A stretch of DNA of 63,482 bases, filler included, from Octopus bimaculoides (GCF_001194135.2; 8 parts of 7 records of this genome joined end to end with filler, not necessarily neighbours in it), one strand, 5' to 3'; shown: positions 1 to 12,634, counted from the whole stretch's first letter. Translations and numbers: made by a program. The notes: a model not told the origin generated them from the sequence alone.

Positions 1-95
1 TTTTATGACATTTTGCTGGTCAAGGTTCACATTAGATGTATTTGTCACTTTTCCTTTGATAAAGGTAGCTTTTGCACATTTATCAAGGCCAAATT
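1..95 (-). mobile_element. R4/Dong-clade non-LTR retrotransposon RT fragment, 5'-truncated at (TAA)n
   Basis: Reverse strand reads FGLDKCAKATFIKGKVTNTSNVNLDQQNVIK; 92/95 identical to 7275-7369; abuts a (TTA)n tract. Confidence 0.85.
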
Positions 96-115
96 ATTAT
101 TATTATTAAGGCCAA

Positions 116-166
<51 letters not shown>
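96..166. repeat. (TTA)n microsatellite interrupted by a duplicated AAGGCCAAATT (108-118)
   Basis: Read directly from sequence. Confidence 0.95.
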
Positions 167-179
167 GTGTTCGAGGAGA

Positions 180-395
180 AGACGGCGAGCTGACAGAATC
201 GTTAGCAAGCTGGACGGAATGCTTAGCGGTATTTCGCCCATCGCTACGTTTTTAGTTCAAATTCCGCCAAGGTCGACTTTGCCTTTCATCCTCCCGGAGT
301 CGATAAAATAAGTACCAGTTGAACACTGGGATTGATGTAATCGATTCATCCCCAAATCCCACAAGCTGCTCTTGTGGCAAAAATTTGAAATAATT
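180..395 (+). mobile_element. tRNA-derived SINE, family A
   Basis: A-box-like GAGCTGACAGAATCGTTAG, B-box-like AGTTCAAATTCC, family core GTCGACTTTGCCTTTCATCC...GTCGATAAAATAAGTACCAG shared with more than 15 copies in the window. Confidence 0.9.
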
Positions 396-1440
396 ATTAT
401 GTTCAAGGAGAGTGGAAGTGTTTCCAGCAGCATTCCGTTGAAGGATTTTATTTACCGTGTCTGTACTTTACTTATTTATTTATTTTTTAATTATTGTTAC
501 GGGTTGGAACATTTGAGTATCCACCCATTTTACTTTGAGCTGAAAAAATAAGTTTGTTGGATGTTTTTGATCTATTTTGTTTTTAAATATTAGTTTGTTC
601 GTGTAATGGCTTGTTTTCTTCTGGTGATTACACTCCTGGGAATTTTAATTCATGTTTTTGTTTAAAAACATGGATTTAAAAAAATTAGAAACAGAAGGAA
701 AAGTGCAATGCCTAAACATGTAAACGCAGACGATTCGCACTACTTCGGGGAATGTTATATACCCAAATGGCAACGAACAATGAACACAGTAACGAAGGTG
801 GTTAATATTTTTCCCAAGTTACCTACGAAAAAGTAATTGTGAATATAGGTCATCTCTTGAAAAAATGTGGAACAGCTTTATTACACAATCTACCTTTTTG
901 TCTGATGCTTTTATCGAAGAAAAAGATTAGATTAGCAACATAAATCTGCCTCTCAAAAAGCCGGAGAGAGTTTCAGTATATCTTCAAAAGAGCAGTTAAA
1001 AGAAGCTCTGGCTGATACATAGAATACCGTAGTTCCATTGACCGTGAAGGGCTTATGGGTTTATATGTCTGGTCTTCAAGACGGAGAACGAGCAAAGTGA
1101 CAAACTGAACTGATGCCTCAAAGGCTTGTGTCGCAATATATGGGTCAGCGAAACAAGGATCACAGTTAGAAATACTGGTAGTGATATTGACTTCTGAATC
1201 GTTGTCATCTCTGTAACAAAGTACGAACAAGTGGCAAATACTGAAGTGACAATGAAATGGCAGGTGGACTTGTGGTCTCAGTGTGGATATGGAGGTCACA
1301 AATCGATCTAAGAGATGTACTTCATTAAGGGTGCAGAAAGAAAAGCGATAAAACTGGTTGTGAAAGGCACAGAATCTAGCTGGTATATATGTAGCAGTAA
1401 GAGCCACTTGAGTATATTCTGCCTTGAAAAGCTGAGAAAG

Positions 1441-1458
1441 GAGGAGGAGGAGGAGGAG

Positions 1459-1554
<96 letters not shown>
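1441..1554. repeat. (GAG)n + (GA)n microsatellite
   Basis: Read directly from sequence. Confidence 0.97.
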
Positions 1555-1556
<2 letters not shown>

Positions 1557-2532
1557 GAATAGTAACTGAAGCAGTAACGTCATCAGCAGAGCCTAGAAAC
1601 TTTTATCTTCAGAAATCCCCCGGTGCCAGCTCCAAAAATGACCAAAAAATGATTTGTTTAATGAAAAAGTTTCATCGTCAATTACAATGGATTTCTGGAC
1701 GCCTGCTTATCATTGCTTTGCGGCATAGGAAATTTTTGTTTTGTAGACATTTATTTAAGTTTAAAAATTGTTTATTCACCAATTGTTAAGTTTTTCTTCT
1801 TATGAGATACCAGTGAAATGCAATATCCACAAACGTGATACCAACTATCACATCCCAATGAAAAAAGAAAAAAATGAAAAAATATTATTCGATAACATAA
1901 AATGACAAAAAGTAAAGAAAATTAACGACCACAGCAAACAGATACACCAAACAATCAGACTTCAACAAATGAGAAAAAAAATCTATTCTTTATAATGTTA
2001 GTAACAATAGTAGGAATTTTACCAACATTGCAAGTCGAAAAGAGTTATGTGGTATAGAACAACCCTTAGAAAAGAAAAAAGGTACGAGAGAGATATGATG
2101 TAAAGAACAATGTTTTGTTTTTAGAATACATTGCAGAAGTGAAAAAAAAAAGGACTTATATACTCAAATCTTTCTTTAAACTGACAGAGCTTCACTATGC
2201 CCTAAAAACAACAACAACCCTGACCGATGTGTGGACAACACTTTCTCCATCGGCCGAGTTAGAACCAACAGAACCGTATATACACTTTTCAAAACTGAAG
2301 ACAATACGAAAAATATGTGCTGGTGGGTTACACATATATTCAAATGTTCGTTTCCCTTTTACTTGATGGTGCTTTGCAAAGATTACAGAAACGAACATTG
2401 ATATATATAGCTCGTGTCCACTATCGTGGTACAACACAGAAAGGCATTGCACCGTAAAAGTATATGTCCTAGTGACTCCTAAAGATCAATGATCTATTTA
2501 TAGAAGACCACAAAAGTGAACACGAGCCTCAT

Positions 2533-2603
2533 TCTTCTTCTTCTTCTTCTTCTTCTTCTTCTTCTTCTTCTTCTTCTTCTTCTTCTTCTTCTTCTTCTTC
2601 TTC
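2533..2603. repeat. (TTC)n microsatellite
   Basis: Read directly from sequence. Confidence 0.97.
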
Positions 2604-2649
2604 TACACATGCTTTTGTATTTATTTCAAATATATATGTATAAACCTTG

Positions 2650-2745
2650 AAACTACCGGTGCAAAGCAGAAATTTTAGCTGCTACCTCTGTGACAGTAAA
2701 GACCATATGAGTGCTTTAAACCCAGAGAAGGTGGTAAGAGCAACG
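2650..2745 (+). pseudogene. Decayed zinc-knuckle (gag/ORF1-like) remnant
   Basis: Reads NFSCYLCDSKDHMSALNPEK: CX2CX4H present, last Cys absent; no intact ORF. Confidence 0.35.
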
Positions 2746-3606
2746 ACATGAAAAACGATAAAAGGAGCTGCTATTCTCAGAGTACCACCAGTCGTAGCTG
2801 CATTCAGAAATGCCAATGAAGGGCTTTAGGTGCCTATCTATGATAGACGGGAAGATTTATCTCTCATTTTTTTTCACGCCAAAAAAGCGGAAACAAGTTG
2901 TGGCCCTCAGGTCCTTGGCACAATATATTATTTTCTTAGCAAAATAGACAAGATTTGCAGTTATATCGAAAGCAATAAATCTACTTCAACAAAGAGAAAG
3001 CTTGATTATATTTCTGCGAAGCAACGTGAAAAAAAGCAAAACATTAATGCCAATTATTGTTTTCTGTTAGATTTTATGACGTCTCTGGTAATTAAGCTCT
3101 CTTGGACATATCTAGAGAATTTACAATATTGGCAAGAATGCTGCTAACACCGTCGGTTATGGCTACTAGAGAATAATTAAAGAGTTTTCTAGCGTAATAA
3201 AACGAATATTTCTTGAAATTCTATAGAACAGATGGATGAGAGAAATAGTACTATAAACTAAAAGCAGACTCTAAACATGAATGAAATCTATCTGTCTGTC
3301 TGTTTTTCTGTTCACCATCTGTCGATCTATCTGTCTAATCCATTGCTTAATTTAACCCTCTCTCAAAAATATATTCATTTATTTACATGTTTATCGGTCA
3401 ATTTATTAATTTCACGTGATGACCACCGATAATACTTTATCTACTAACATTGCATTGAAGCCGCTGATAAAAATATGGTTAACAAACACTACATCTCTGT
3501 TTCAGTTTTTACTGTAATGATTCGTTACTCTGAAACAAGGAAGATTCAGTATAATGGAAGGTCAAAGATGATATCTCTGAAGGATATATAACAATCCTTT
3601 GCGTAC

Positions 3607-3607
<1 letters not shown>

Positions 3608-3682
<75 letters not shown>
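3608..3682. repeat. (CA)n microsatellite
   Basis: Read directly from sequence. Confidence 0.97.
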
Positions 3683-3685
<3 letters not shown>

Positions 3686-3801
3686 CTGCTGGCCTAGCCA
3701 GCTGAGTGGCATCATTCAAAAGCTAAATCAATGTGAGGAAGCGCATTGTAACTAGCGATGTATGATTATATTCGATAGTCTGGTCGATACAGTGACATAT
3801 A

Positions 3802-4600
3802 CAGGGTATCTCCAAATTAAGAGAACCAACTTTTTTCAATTTTGCCAAGCAAAATATTGTCATATTTCGGGTCTGAGCGAAAGGACTTACATACTCATAT
3901 ATACTCAGAAAGGACACTACCACATTTATTCGATGTGACCGCCTCTGTTTCGAATCACTGCCTTAAGTCTTAGTGCGAGTGCTTCACACGCAGCTGTTCT
4001 TGCGGAATCGAAGCCCATTCCTTGCACAGTTTTGCCTTCAGAGCGTCGAGCAAAGCATGAGGAGTGCTCGAGACCCTCGTCTCCAAAATGAAACCAAACA
4101 GAAAAATCCAAAGGGTTGAGATCAGGGCATCTTGAGGGCCATACATCCTTGCCTATGAACGACGGAATGTTTTTCTCTCCCGTCTTATGGCCTTATAAAC
4201 TTGCGTGAGCTCACGACAGCGGATTATCTTGTAGGAGTGGGTCCTGAGATACTCCTTCAGCACTCGATACTTCGATGTTCGGCTTACTTTTGCTGTGGCA
4301 ATCAGTTTTCTGATGGAAGGACAAGGATTTCGCCGTATCTTTTCTCTGGTACTTTTGATAAACTGAGAGCTTCGCACACTTCTTTTTCAGCCACGTCTGG
4401 GTCGATCGACGGTAAAACCAGTCTCTTGAAATTTCTTGACAATTTTTCAGGCTTTTCATTTAATTTTAAGCTTTTTTTTGCTATAGCTGTATTACTATTG
4501 CCTCCTTTATGGAGGGTTATGATTGTATTTCGGTCGATAGCCATTATCTGATTTATAAATCTAAATTTATTTAGTCTGAAACAAAAAGAATACACACTAA
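3802..4600 (-). mobile_element. Internally deleted Tc1/mariner-superfamily (maT/DD37D-like) transposon
   Basis: Frameshifted N-terminus from ATG 4544 (MAIDRNTIITLHKGG...REKIRRNPCPSIRKL...KVSRTS) joined to C-terminus KNIPSFIGKDVWPSRCPDLNPLDFSVW...RLKAVIRNRGGHIE* (stop 3926); TA followed by TIR-like CAGGGTATCTCC at 3800-3813; other TIR not found. Confidence 0.85.
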
Positions 4601-5119
4601 GCTTTTATAATGATGTATAATTTTCATATCTTATCACATTTATTGATAGTTATTAAATATCATACAAGATAAATACTTGATTTCCTGAAACTATTTTAGC
4701 TTCGAGAGAAGGTAAACAAAATATTAACGGCAACTGCAAGCGACTTTAAATTAGAAGGGAAGGTAATCTTAAGTAATCGACAGTCAATTTCCTGAAATTG
4801 CATGTCTTTAACTAAATGAATCTGTGTTTTTTCTGGAGACAAGAGAACGTCTGTAAGCATGTGCTTTTGACTCAATGGGCATCACCAGCATAACGTTGTT
4901 CTCCCTCTATTACAGCCAGACATAAGACTTAGACAAAAAGAGTGAAAGACATTTATGACCTCAGGTAATTTGTGTAATTTATATAATTTATAAATTATGC
5001 TTTAATTTATAATTTATATAATTTGTATAATTTAAACAAAATTAGCTACATAGACACATAAATACACGCAAATGGATATTTATAAGCATATACCGATCTC
5101 TCTTCCTTCTCTCTTCTTC

Positions 5120-5167
<48 letters not shown>

Positions 5168-6299
5168 TATACATATACACAAATGTTTTCTTGCGTCATT
5201 TTCAAATGGCACATGAAACAAAGCCCTAATCATTTTTTTTTTCAATGCTCGTGTTGGGACTCTTTCTCAGATTTAATCATAACCATATGTAGTTTCCTTT
5301 TACATCAAGTTGTTTTAGGTTCAGAATTATGTTGATTGCTTTTAACAAATTTGTTACATTCTGATTTGATTTCCATTCCAAGAATTCTGAGCCCTTAAAA
5401 TCCACTGTTGATGAAATAACATAACTCTGACTCATTTCCGCCGTTAAATTTCCATTGCCATAAATTGGAAAGTGACTGTCTTCCGTAGGAAACAGAAATA
5501 AATGGTCTTATTGTTTCCCCTTATACACATAGTATATTCTAAGAAGCTGTTGAACTACATGAGAAATTACGTCTTTCAACAACAGACTTTTCAAATGTCT
5601 TCAAAGTGGATGTTCAGGAGAACTGTTATGCTTTTCTCTGAACAGAGCTTCTATAATTTGGTCGATGTTGCTATTGAAATTGAAATATACGGACACCGGT
5701 GACAAGCGTTCGTGCAGGAGTGAAGAAATTCTAGCGAAGATCACGTTAGTGATCACAGCTTTTTATCGATATCTCTTCTGTCTTTGTATGGAGTGTATGT
5801 GGAAAAAATCCCTAGCCTATTACTTTCTCTTGCGACTGATTCAACTATAGAGCTATATTTGATATCCGAAGAAACATGCAAAGGTCTGTAATAACAACAA
5901 TTAGTCCACAGGAGCGGCCATAGAAAAGTTTCATAATTGCTGTGGAGAATGTAGGACCTAACGCTCCAGGTTTTGCAATAAATCCGGAAATGATGAATGA
6001 AATAAAGCAGTGCCGTCACTCTGGCTGCAAGTTAGTAAATGTTTAAGCTATTGCTTGAAAGATTTCGATGTCGTTTCTTGCATCTATTCTTAAGACCTGA
6101 TCTAACTTTCAGCTGCGTCTAATTCGTATACTTTTGGTGGATTGTGGTAACTAATGAAGGGTTTGTTTCTGTGTCACTTAAAAGTTATGTCACCATGCTA
6201 TTAAGCACTAATCATTTTCCGATTTTTAATATAAAATCTATTTCCTCGAAATATTCTTTAAGGTAATGGAATAGTTCCTGTTTCTATGTTTCTGTTGGT

Positions 6300-6880
6300 G
6301 TTAGAGTACTGTTGTTAACATTTAGCTTGTTATTACAGCATTCTTTATGGTGCTCAATTCAGCACATTAGTATTTGAGAAGAGTGCTTTCTTTGCGCTCA
6401 ATAACAGCAGCTCTTGGCTGTTGAGATCTTATCAGCACCTTTAGAGTCTTAAAAGCTGCTTCGCTGTTGCTTTCACTAATTCCATCTATAACATTACCGT
6501 ACGGGTTGCATAAACATTCTTTTTTTTTATTTCACCATTTATTTATATATTTCATTTATGTCTTATTGTTTGATGGATGGAGGTTTTTTCTCTTGGTCTT
6601 CTTTAGTTTTCGTCTTATATTGCATAGGTCTTGGGTGGTGTCTGCGACCCATGATTTATTCTTCTTCCTCATTATTCCTGTACTTGTGCTGCTTTCTTCT
6701 AAAGTATGTGCTTAACGCTGTCAGTGAGAAAATGAATATATTTCTCCTGCAAGTTGTGGTATGTGAAGTAGCATCTTCTGGATATTCCAACTTTTATGTT
6801 AAGTGCGGAGTATGTTAACTCATTGTCTAATTTTACTTTTACCATAATAATGTAAATTGTATCTGTCCTTAACTTTTCTG
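6300..6880 (-). mobile_element. Degenerate RTE-like LINE ORF2 fragment (endonuclease end and linker)
   Basis: Broken frames give NIKVG, LTALSTYFRRKQHKY and AFKTLKVLIRSQQPRAAVIE, which resemble RTE APE/linker segments. Confidence 0.45.
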
Positions 6881-6896
6881 TCAGAATATACTCATA

Positions 6897-6935
<39 letters not shown>

Positions 6936-6979
6936 NNNNNNNNNNNNNNNNNNNNNNNNNNNNNNNNNNNNNNNNNNNN

Positions 6980-6991
6980 TTAATTAATTAA
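6980..6991. other. Assembly linker TTAATTAATTAA inside N-gap (also ~8805, 23117, 26519, 38158, 47609, 52802)
   Basis: Identical 12-mer embedded in N runs seven times; overlapping PacI sites with stops in all six frames. Confidence 0.95.
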
Positions 6992-7035
6992 NNNNNNNNN
7001 NNNNNNNNNNNNNNNNNNNNNNNNNNNNNNNNNNN

Positions 7036-7374
7036 CTGTCAACATTACATATTTCAGTAATTGACCAGTTAACGATGTTGAAACTGTAAGTCACGACTGG
7101 TATGGCTAGAGCATTGATCGCTTCGATCCTGTTTCTCGCGTTCAGCTCTGTCTTCAGTATTGCTCTCACCCTGCGATAACATTCTCTTCTGATCCTTTCC
7201 CTCATCACTGAGTGGTTGATATTGTCCCCTTCAATTACCCCTAGGTATTTGTAGCTCTCCGCTGGTTCTAACTCTTTTATGACATTTTGCTGGTCAAGGT
7301 TCACATTAGATGTGTTTGTCATTTTTCCTTTGATAAAGATAGCTTTTGCACATTTATCAAGGCCAAATTGCATC

Positions 7375-7375
<1 letters not shown>
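7036..7375 (-). mobile_element. R4/Dong-clade LINE RT C-terminal/thumb fragment
   Basis: Open frame MQFGLDKCAK...SYKYLGVIEGD...ECYRRVRAILKTELNARNRIEAINALAIPVVTYSFNIVNW; 5' end abuts (TAA)n. Confidence 0.9.
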
Positions 7376-7411
<36 letters not shown>

Positions 7412-7418
7412 GTCGTTG

Positions 7419-7449
<31 letters not shown>

Positions 7450-7479
7450 CATTTATTTATATATACACAACAGATTAGA

Positions 7480-7731
7480 TTATTGGAAAAGAAAAATCCT
7501 AATATCGGGCTACAATGCGTAACCTTAGATGCGAAGAATCCTCCTAAGTATCCTAGCTGTCCCTAATAGCACTGTTTCCTAGAGCTGTACTAAACTACGT
7601 TTTATGCCTATTTCCTCTATTCATATGTTCAGATCTTTAAGGATAGTTCCCAATGCACCTATAACTATTGGGATACATTTTAGCCACACTTTCCATAGTC
7701 TGTGTTATTCAAAGACTAGGTCCTAGTACTT
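7480..7731 (-). mobile_element. Older R4/Dong-clade LINE 3' end (RLE endonuclease C-terminus plus 3'UTR)
   Basis: 7731-7525 reads KY*DLVFE*HRLWKVWLKCIPIVIGALGTILKDLNI*IEEIGIKRSLVQL*ETVLLGTARILRRILRI* with four internal stops. Confidence 0.85.
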
Positions 7732-8481
7732 CGTTACCACTGCCGCATGCATACGCAGTAATAGACAAACCAAGCCTCATCAAAAAAACATGAATGGAAT
7801 AGCAGGCCTCCACTCCACCACACTACCCAACCTTAAGATTAAATAGAGAATGAGAGAAGAATAAAGGCGATACAGATACAATCACTGTGATAAATAAATC
7901 CATACACACACACCAAACACACATATGCATACTGAAGACGGAATGAGAAAGAAAAACAAAAGGTAAAAACAAATATATGTATAAGTAAATACAACAAAAA
8001 AATTAAATAAATAATAAAGGACACGTGTACATACAGCACAGTGAGTAAACGCAAATACACGCACACAAAAGACACATAGACAGGTACACACAGATACAAA
8101 GGAAAACGCGTGAGCAGATAAGGATACATACGACAGAAAGGCAAACTCGACTAAGCAGAGCAAGACAACAAGAGGAGATATGTGATATCCTAAGTCGCTG
8201 ACGAAATAGCTTTGACAAAGACACAAAAATAAAGCTAAGTAAAGACCAGGCATATAGTGCGTATATTTAATTGGCAAATTATAACCATTCCCAAGTATAA
8301 CGATATCTGTTTCAACACATGATTTCACACCAAGAGTCTGGCAAAACAAATACACAAACGTAAAAAGTTATCCTTTTATAAAAATTCAACTGTATTCCTT
8401 AATGTCAAAACGTAATAGAAATTGCAAGAGTCCATCTAATTAACACAAAAATCATAACTGAAAAATAATTCATTACATATA

Positions 8482-8687
8482 CTCTTTTACTTGTTTCAGT
8501 CATTTGACTGCAGCCATGCTGGAGCACCGCCTTTAGTCGAGAAAATCGACCCCAGGACCTATTCTTTGTAAGTCTAGTACTTATTATATCGGTCTCTTTT
8601 TGCCGAACCGCTAAGTTACGGGGACGTAAACACACTAGCATCGGTTGTCAAGCGATGTTCGGGGGACAAACACAGACGCACAAACAC

Positions 8688-8738
<51 letters not shown>

Positions 8739-8760
8739 CGACGGGCTTCTTTCAGTTTCC
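8482..8760 (-). mobile_element. SINE family B, 3' portion (cut by gap)
   Basis: Near-identical to the full copy at 56522-56944. Confidence 0.9.
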
Positions 8761-9519
8761 NNNNNNNNNNNNNNNNNNNNNNNNNNNNNNNNNNNNNNNN
8801 NNNNTTAATTAATTAANNNNNNNNNNNNNNNNNNNNNNNNNNNNNNNNNNNNNNNNNNNNTATATTATATATATATATATAAAAAAGAATTCAAGCACAT
8901 ACGCACAGCTGTATATCGTTGTTTTAGTCTTTTATTTTTGTTTAATATTTTGAGAAGGTTTTGTCTTTTTTTTCTTTCTCTTTATTTCTGGCAATATTTT
9001 CTAATAAACTATATCAAGCATTTCTGGATATCAAGAGGATAGAAGAATTTTCATATCAATGAATTATCCAGTTGAGTAAATTAGATATTTAGCAGTCATA
9101 TTTTGCCAATTTTTCTATGTTTGTTCAGTTGCCATCAACCGTAGCTTTCATATGTACACACACACGAACACACACACACACACATATATATACGAAATGT
9201 GAACAAATACTTTGCAATGAAAAAAACAATGTTAACTGTCTTTTTGCAGAGAGAAACATTTCCAGGACCATGTACCCTCGGTTGTTTTGCGAACGATAAT
9301 CTGATTTTGTTAGCATATACGAGTTTTATGCAAGTAAGAGTCAGATATCAGTGGAAATAATATAAACTGCAATTAACTTTTTCAGTAACATTATATATCT
9401 ATATGTATATAAAAATAACACCATAAAAGATGATGAGCATCATTCAATCAATATTCGATCATCATTTAAGATTTCTTTTAAATTTCAACCAATCATCATC
9501 GTCATCGTCATTCTTCTTC

Positions 9520-9551
<32 letters not shown>

Positions 9552-9561
9552 ATTATTATTA

Positions 9562-9601
<40 letters not shown>

Positions 9602-10133
9602 CATTATTATCCTTACTATTATTATCATTATTATTATTATTAGTAGTAGTAGTAGTAGTAGTANNNNNNNNNNNNNNNNNNNNNNNNNNNNNNNNNNNNN
9701 NNNNNNNNNNNNNNNNNNNNNNNNNNNNNNNNNNNNNNNNNNNNNNNNNNNNNNNNNNNNNNNNNNNNNNNNNNNNNNNNNNNNNNNNNNNNNNNNNNNN
9801 NNNNNNNNNNNNNNNNNNNNNNNNNNNNNNNNNNNNNNNNNNNNNNNNNNNNNNNNNNNNNNNNNNNNNNNNNNNNNNNNNNNNNNNNNNNNNNNNNNNN
9901 NNNNNNNNNNNNNNNNNNNNNNNNNNNNNNNNNNNNNNNNNNNNNNNNNNNNNNNNNNNNNNNNNNNNNNNNNNNNNNNNNNNNNNNNNNNNNNNNNNNN
10001 NNNNNNNNNNNNNNNNNNNNNNNNNNNNNNNNNNNNNNNNNNNNNNNNNNNNNNNNNNNNNNNNNNNNNNNNNNNNNNNNNNNNNNNNNNNNNNNNNNNN
10101 NNNNNNNNNNNNNNNNNNNNNNNNNNNNNNNNN

Positions 10134-10180
<47 letters not shown>

Positions 10181-10191
10181 TATACATATAT

Positions 10192-10349
10192 ACGACAAGC
10201 TTCTTTCAGTTTCCGTCTACCAAATCCACTCACAAGGCTTTGGTCGCCCCGAGGCTATAGTAGAAGACACTTGCCCAAGATGCCATACAGTGGGAATGAA
10301 TCCAGAATCATGTGGTTGGTAAGCAAGTTACTAACCACACAGCCACTCC
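10192..10349 (-). mobile_element. SINE family B head and CORE-like segment
   Basis: Minus strand: AGGAGTGGCTGTGTGGTTAG head, ATCTTGGGCAAGTGTCTT CORE-like motif. Confidence 0.88.
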
Positions 10350-10428
10350 TATTATTATTTTTGTTATTATTATTATTATTATTACCATTATTATTATTAT
10401 TATTATTAATATTACCATTATTATTACC

Positions 10429-10460
<32 letters not shown>

Positions 10461-10755
10461 ACTGTTCAACATTTGGTCGATTGAAGCACATTTCTACTGC
10501 ATCACCTGCTACACCTCCATATTGATGGGTTGTCTGCAGCATTGTTTTTTTTTTTTTTTTGCTGTTGGGAGTGTGCAAACTCTCCCTGATACTGCATTGT
10601 GTTACTTGAGGTGAGGATGCAGTTTTGTCTTGTGTTAGTGCTTGTATTGTGTGCTGTGTGTGTAATGCATTGGTTACATGGGTTTGCTGGTGGAAGCTTA
10701 TTTCATTGGGTAATTGCTTTATAAAGTGTTTTTGTTATGGTTTTTATCTGCTCCA

Positions 10756-10792
<37 letters not shown>

Positions 10793-10793
<1 letters not shown>

Positions 10794-10936
10794 AAGCGGT
10801 GAAGTGGCAAAATCGTGAGCACGCCAGGCAAAATAGTTGACGTTCTCCGTTCAAATTAACCCGAGGTCGACTTTGTTTTGCATTTCATTGACATCTATGA
10901 AATAAGTACCAGCTGAGCACTGGGGTCGGTGTAATC
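10793..10936 (+). mobile_element. SINE family A (3'-incomplete)
   Basis: Head and GAGGTCGACTTTG...AAGTACCAG core. Confidence 0.8.
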
Positions 10937-11240
10937 AAAGAGAGACAGAAAAAGAAGGAAGGAGAGAGAAGTGTTAACAACGTGAGGTAAGGAGAAAGTA
11001 ATAGTTATTACTTAGTTAAAAAGTTAGTTGAATGGAGATGTGAGGAGAAAGGGAGATCGAAATACAATGTTCCACAGAGGGGATGATGTTGCTGTTATGG
11101 TGAGGTTAAAGACCTACAGGTAGATAGAGACAAGGGGCTGTTATAATTAGAATGAGAACAGAAAAATAGAGAGAGAGAGCGAGAGAGAGAGAGAGAGAGA
11201 CATAGACAGAGAGAGAGAGAGAGAGAGAGANNNNNNNNNN

Positions 11241-11276
<36 letters not shown>

Positions 11277-11998
11277 GAGGAAGAGAGGTAGAGAGACAGA
11301 CAGACAGAAGGAGAGAGGGAAAGAGAGATAGAGAGACAAACAGACAGAGAGAAAGAGAATGTGTTCAGCCGATAGAAATTTTAGATATATATTTTTGTGA
11401 GTGACAAGAAAATAACATTTTAGTGTTCAGTTTATTTTATATCTTCTCTCTGTCGATCTATTTATCTATCTATCCACATCAGGCAGTTAAAGAATTGCAC
11501 ATTTACTGCAAAATTGTTTGTCATTAAAAGATTTTATTAGAATTTCTGTATAGATTCTACGCTTCTTTTTCTTTTCTTTTTTTTTTTTTTTTTTTTTTTT
11601 TTTGCTTTTATTAGTGGAGTGAAGTTCAAATGACAACATACGCAGAAGTAACATTGCTCTTTTTGGTTTTTTTATGACAGTAACAGATGTGATTAAGAAG
11701 TCGTTTAGATAAAGTGCCAGTTTGCTTACCAACAACAATTGTACGTGTCCAGAAAAGGTGACTCCCAAATTACCTGCAATGCAATCTTCGTTGGTCATTT
11801 TGACGCACTTTGCAGTTGTTTACTCACAGGGCCAATAAACAGAAAACGTTAGAACAGTTGTGGATGCAAAGATGAGATCAGAAAGGTAAACTTCAATAAT
11901 GGCTAAGGAATCATTGAGATATAGTCTTGATAATGTTGCTCTATATGAGATGCACTTGGCTGGTGAAAAGGATTCAAAGAATGAAACAAGGACATATA

Positions 11999-12366
11999 TC
12001 AGGTCATCCCACACTGCAAAGGTCACATCACAGAAGATCGAAGTGCTTGGTTGGGAAAAAATTCCTCATCCACCCTATTCTCCCAACCTTGCTCCTTCAG
12101 ACTACCATTTGTTTCGTAATTTACAGAATCATTTGGGGAACATAACTTTCGCAAGCCAGGAGGAGGTCGAAACTGACATTTCAGAGTTCTTCGCTTTGAA
12201 ACCAAAAGAGTTTTACATTGTTGGGATTTAAAAGCTTGTAAATAGATGGAAGGAAGTCATAGATAATCAGGGAAAGCACATTGATGATTAAATTTCAATT
12301 AAATATAACATTTGATCACTTGTTTTCTTTATTCAAAATTCGGACAGAACTTATGGGATGACCTGA
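11999..12366 (+). mobile_element. Internally deleted mariner (DD34D) element, TA-flanked
   Basis: HTAKVT...LGWEKIPHPPYSPNLAPSDYHLFRNL...KLVNRWKEVIDNQGKHIDD*; 13-bp left TIR remnant TCAGGTCATCCCA (11999-12011) exactly complements 12354-12366; TA at 11997-98 and 12367-68. Confidence 0.93.
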
Positions 12367-12500
12367 TAGTCTTTTCTGGATAAAAATAAGCTGGTTTTGC
12401 TGCAACCATTTATGCTGATGTTTCACGGCATAGCACATATAAAAGAGAATTAAATTACGAATTGAAAGAAGGTCTAGTGCTTTTAATTATCGATCACAAT

Positions 12501-12634
12501 CACTAGCGTAGCTAGAGTGTGCCGCCTGGGGCGGCCCTTCCGTTTGCCACCCCTGGGCCCCACAAAAAGCACATATTACCTACAGTAATAGCCTACATCG
12601 CCCCACCCCACTCCCACCTCTAGCTACGTTAGTG
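12501..12634. mobile_element. 134-bp MITE, probably hAT-type
   Basis: 17-bp TIR CACTAGCGTAGCTAGAG / CTCTAGCTACGTTAGTG (16/17); flanks ATCACAAT and GTCACAAA (6/8) suggest a decayed 8-bp TSD. Confidence 0.75.

Noticed and set aside
11899-12231. SETMAR-like domesticated gene
   Set aside because: The ORF start lies outside the TA-flanked mariner remnant; internal stop and most of the transposase deleted.
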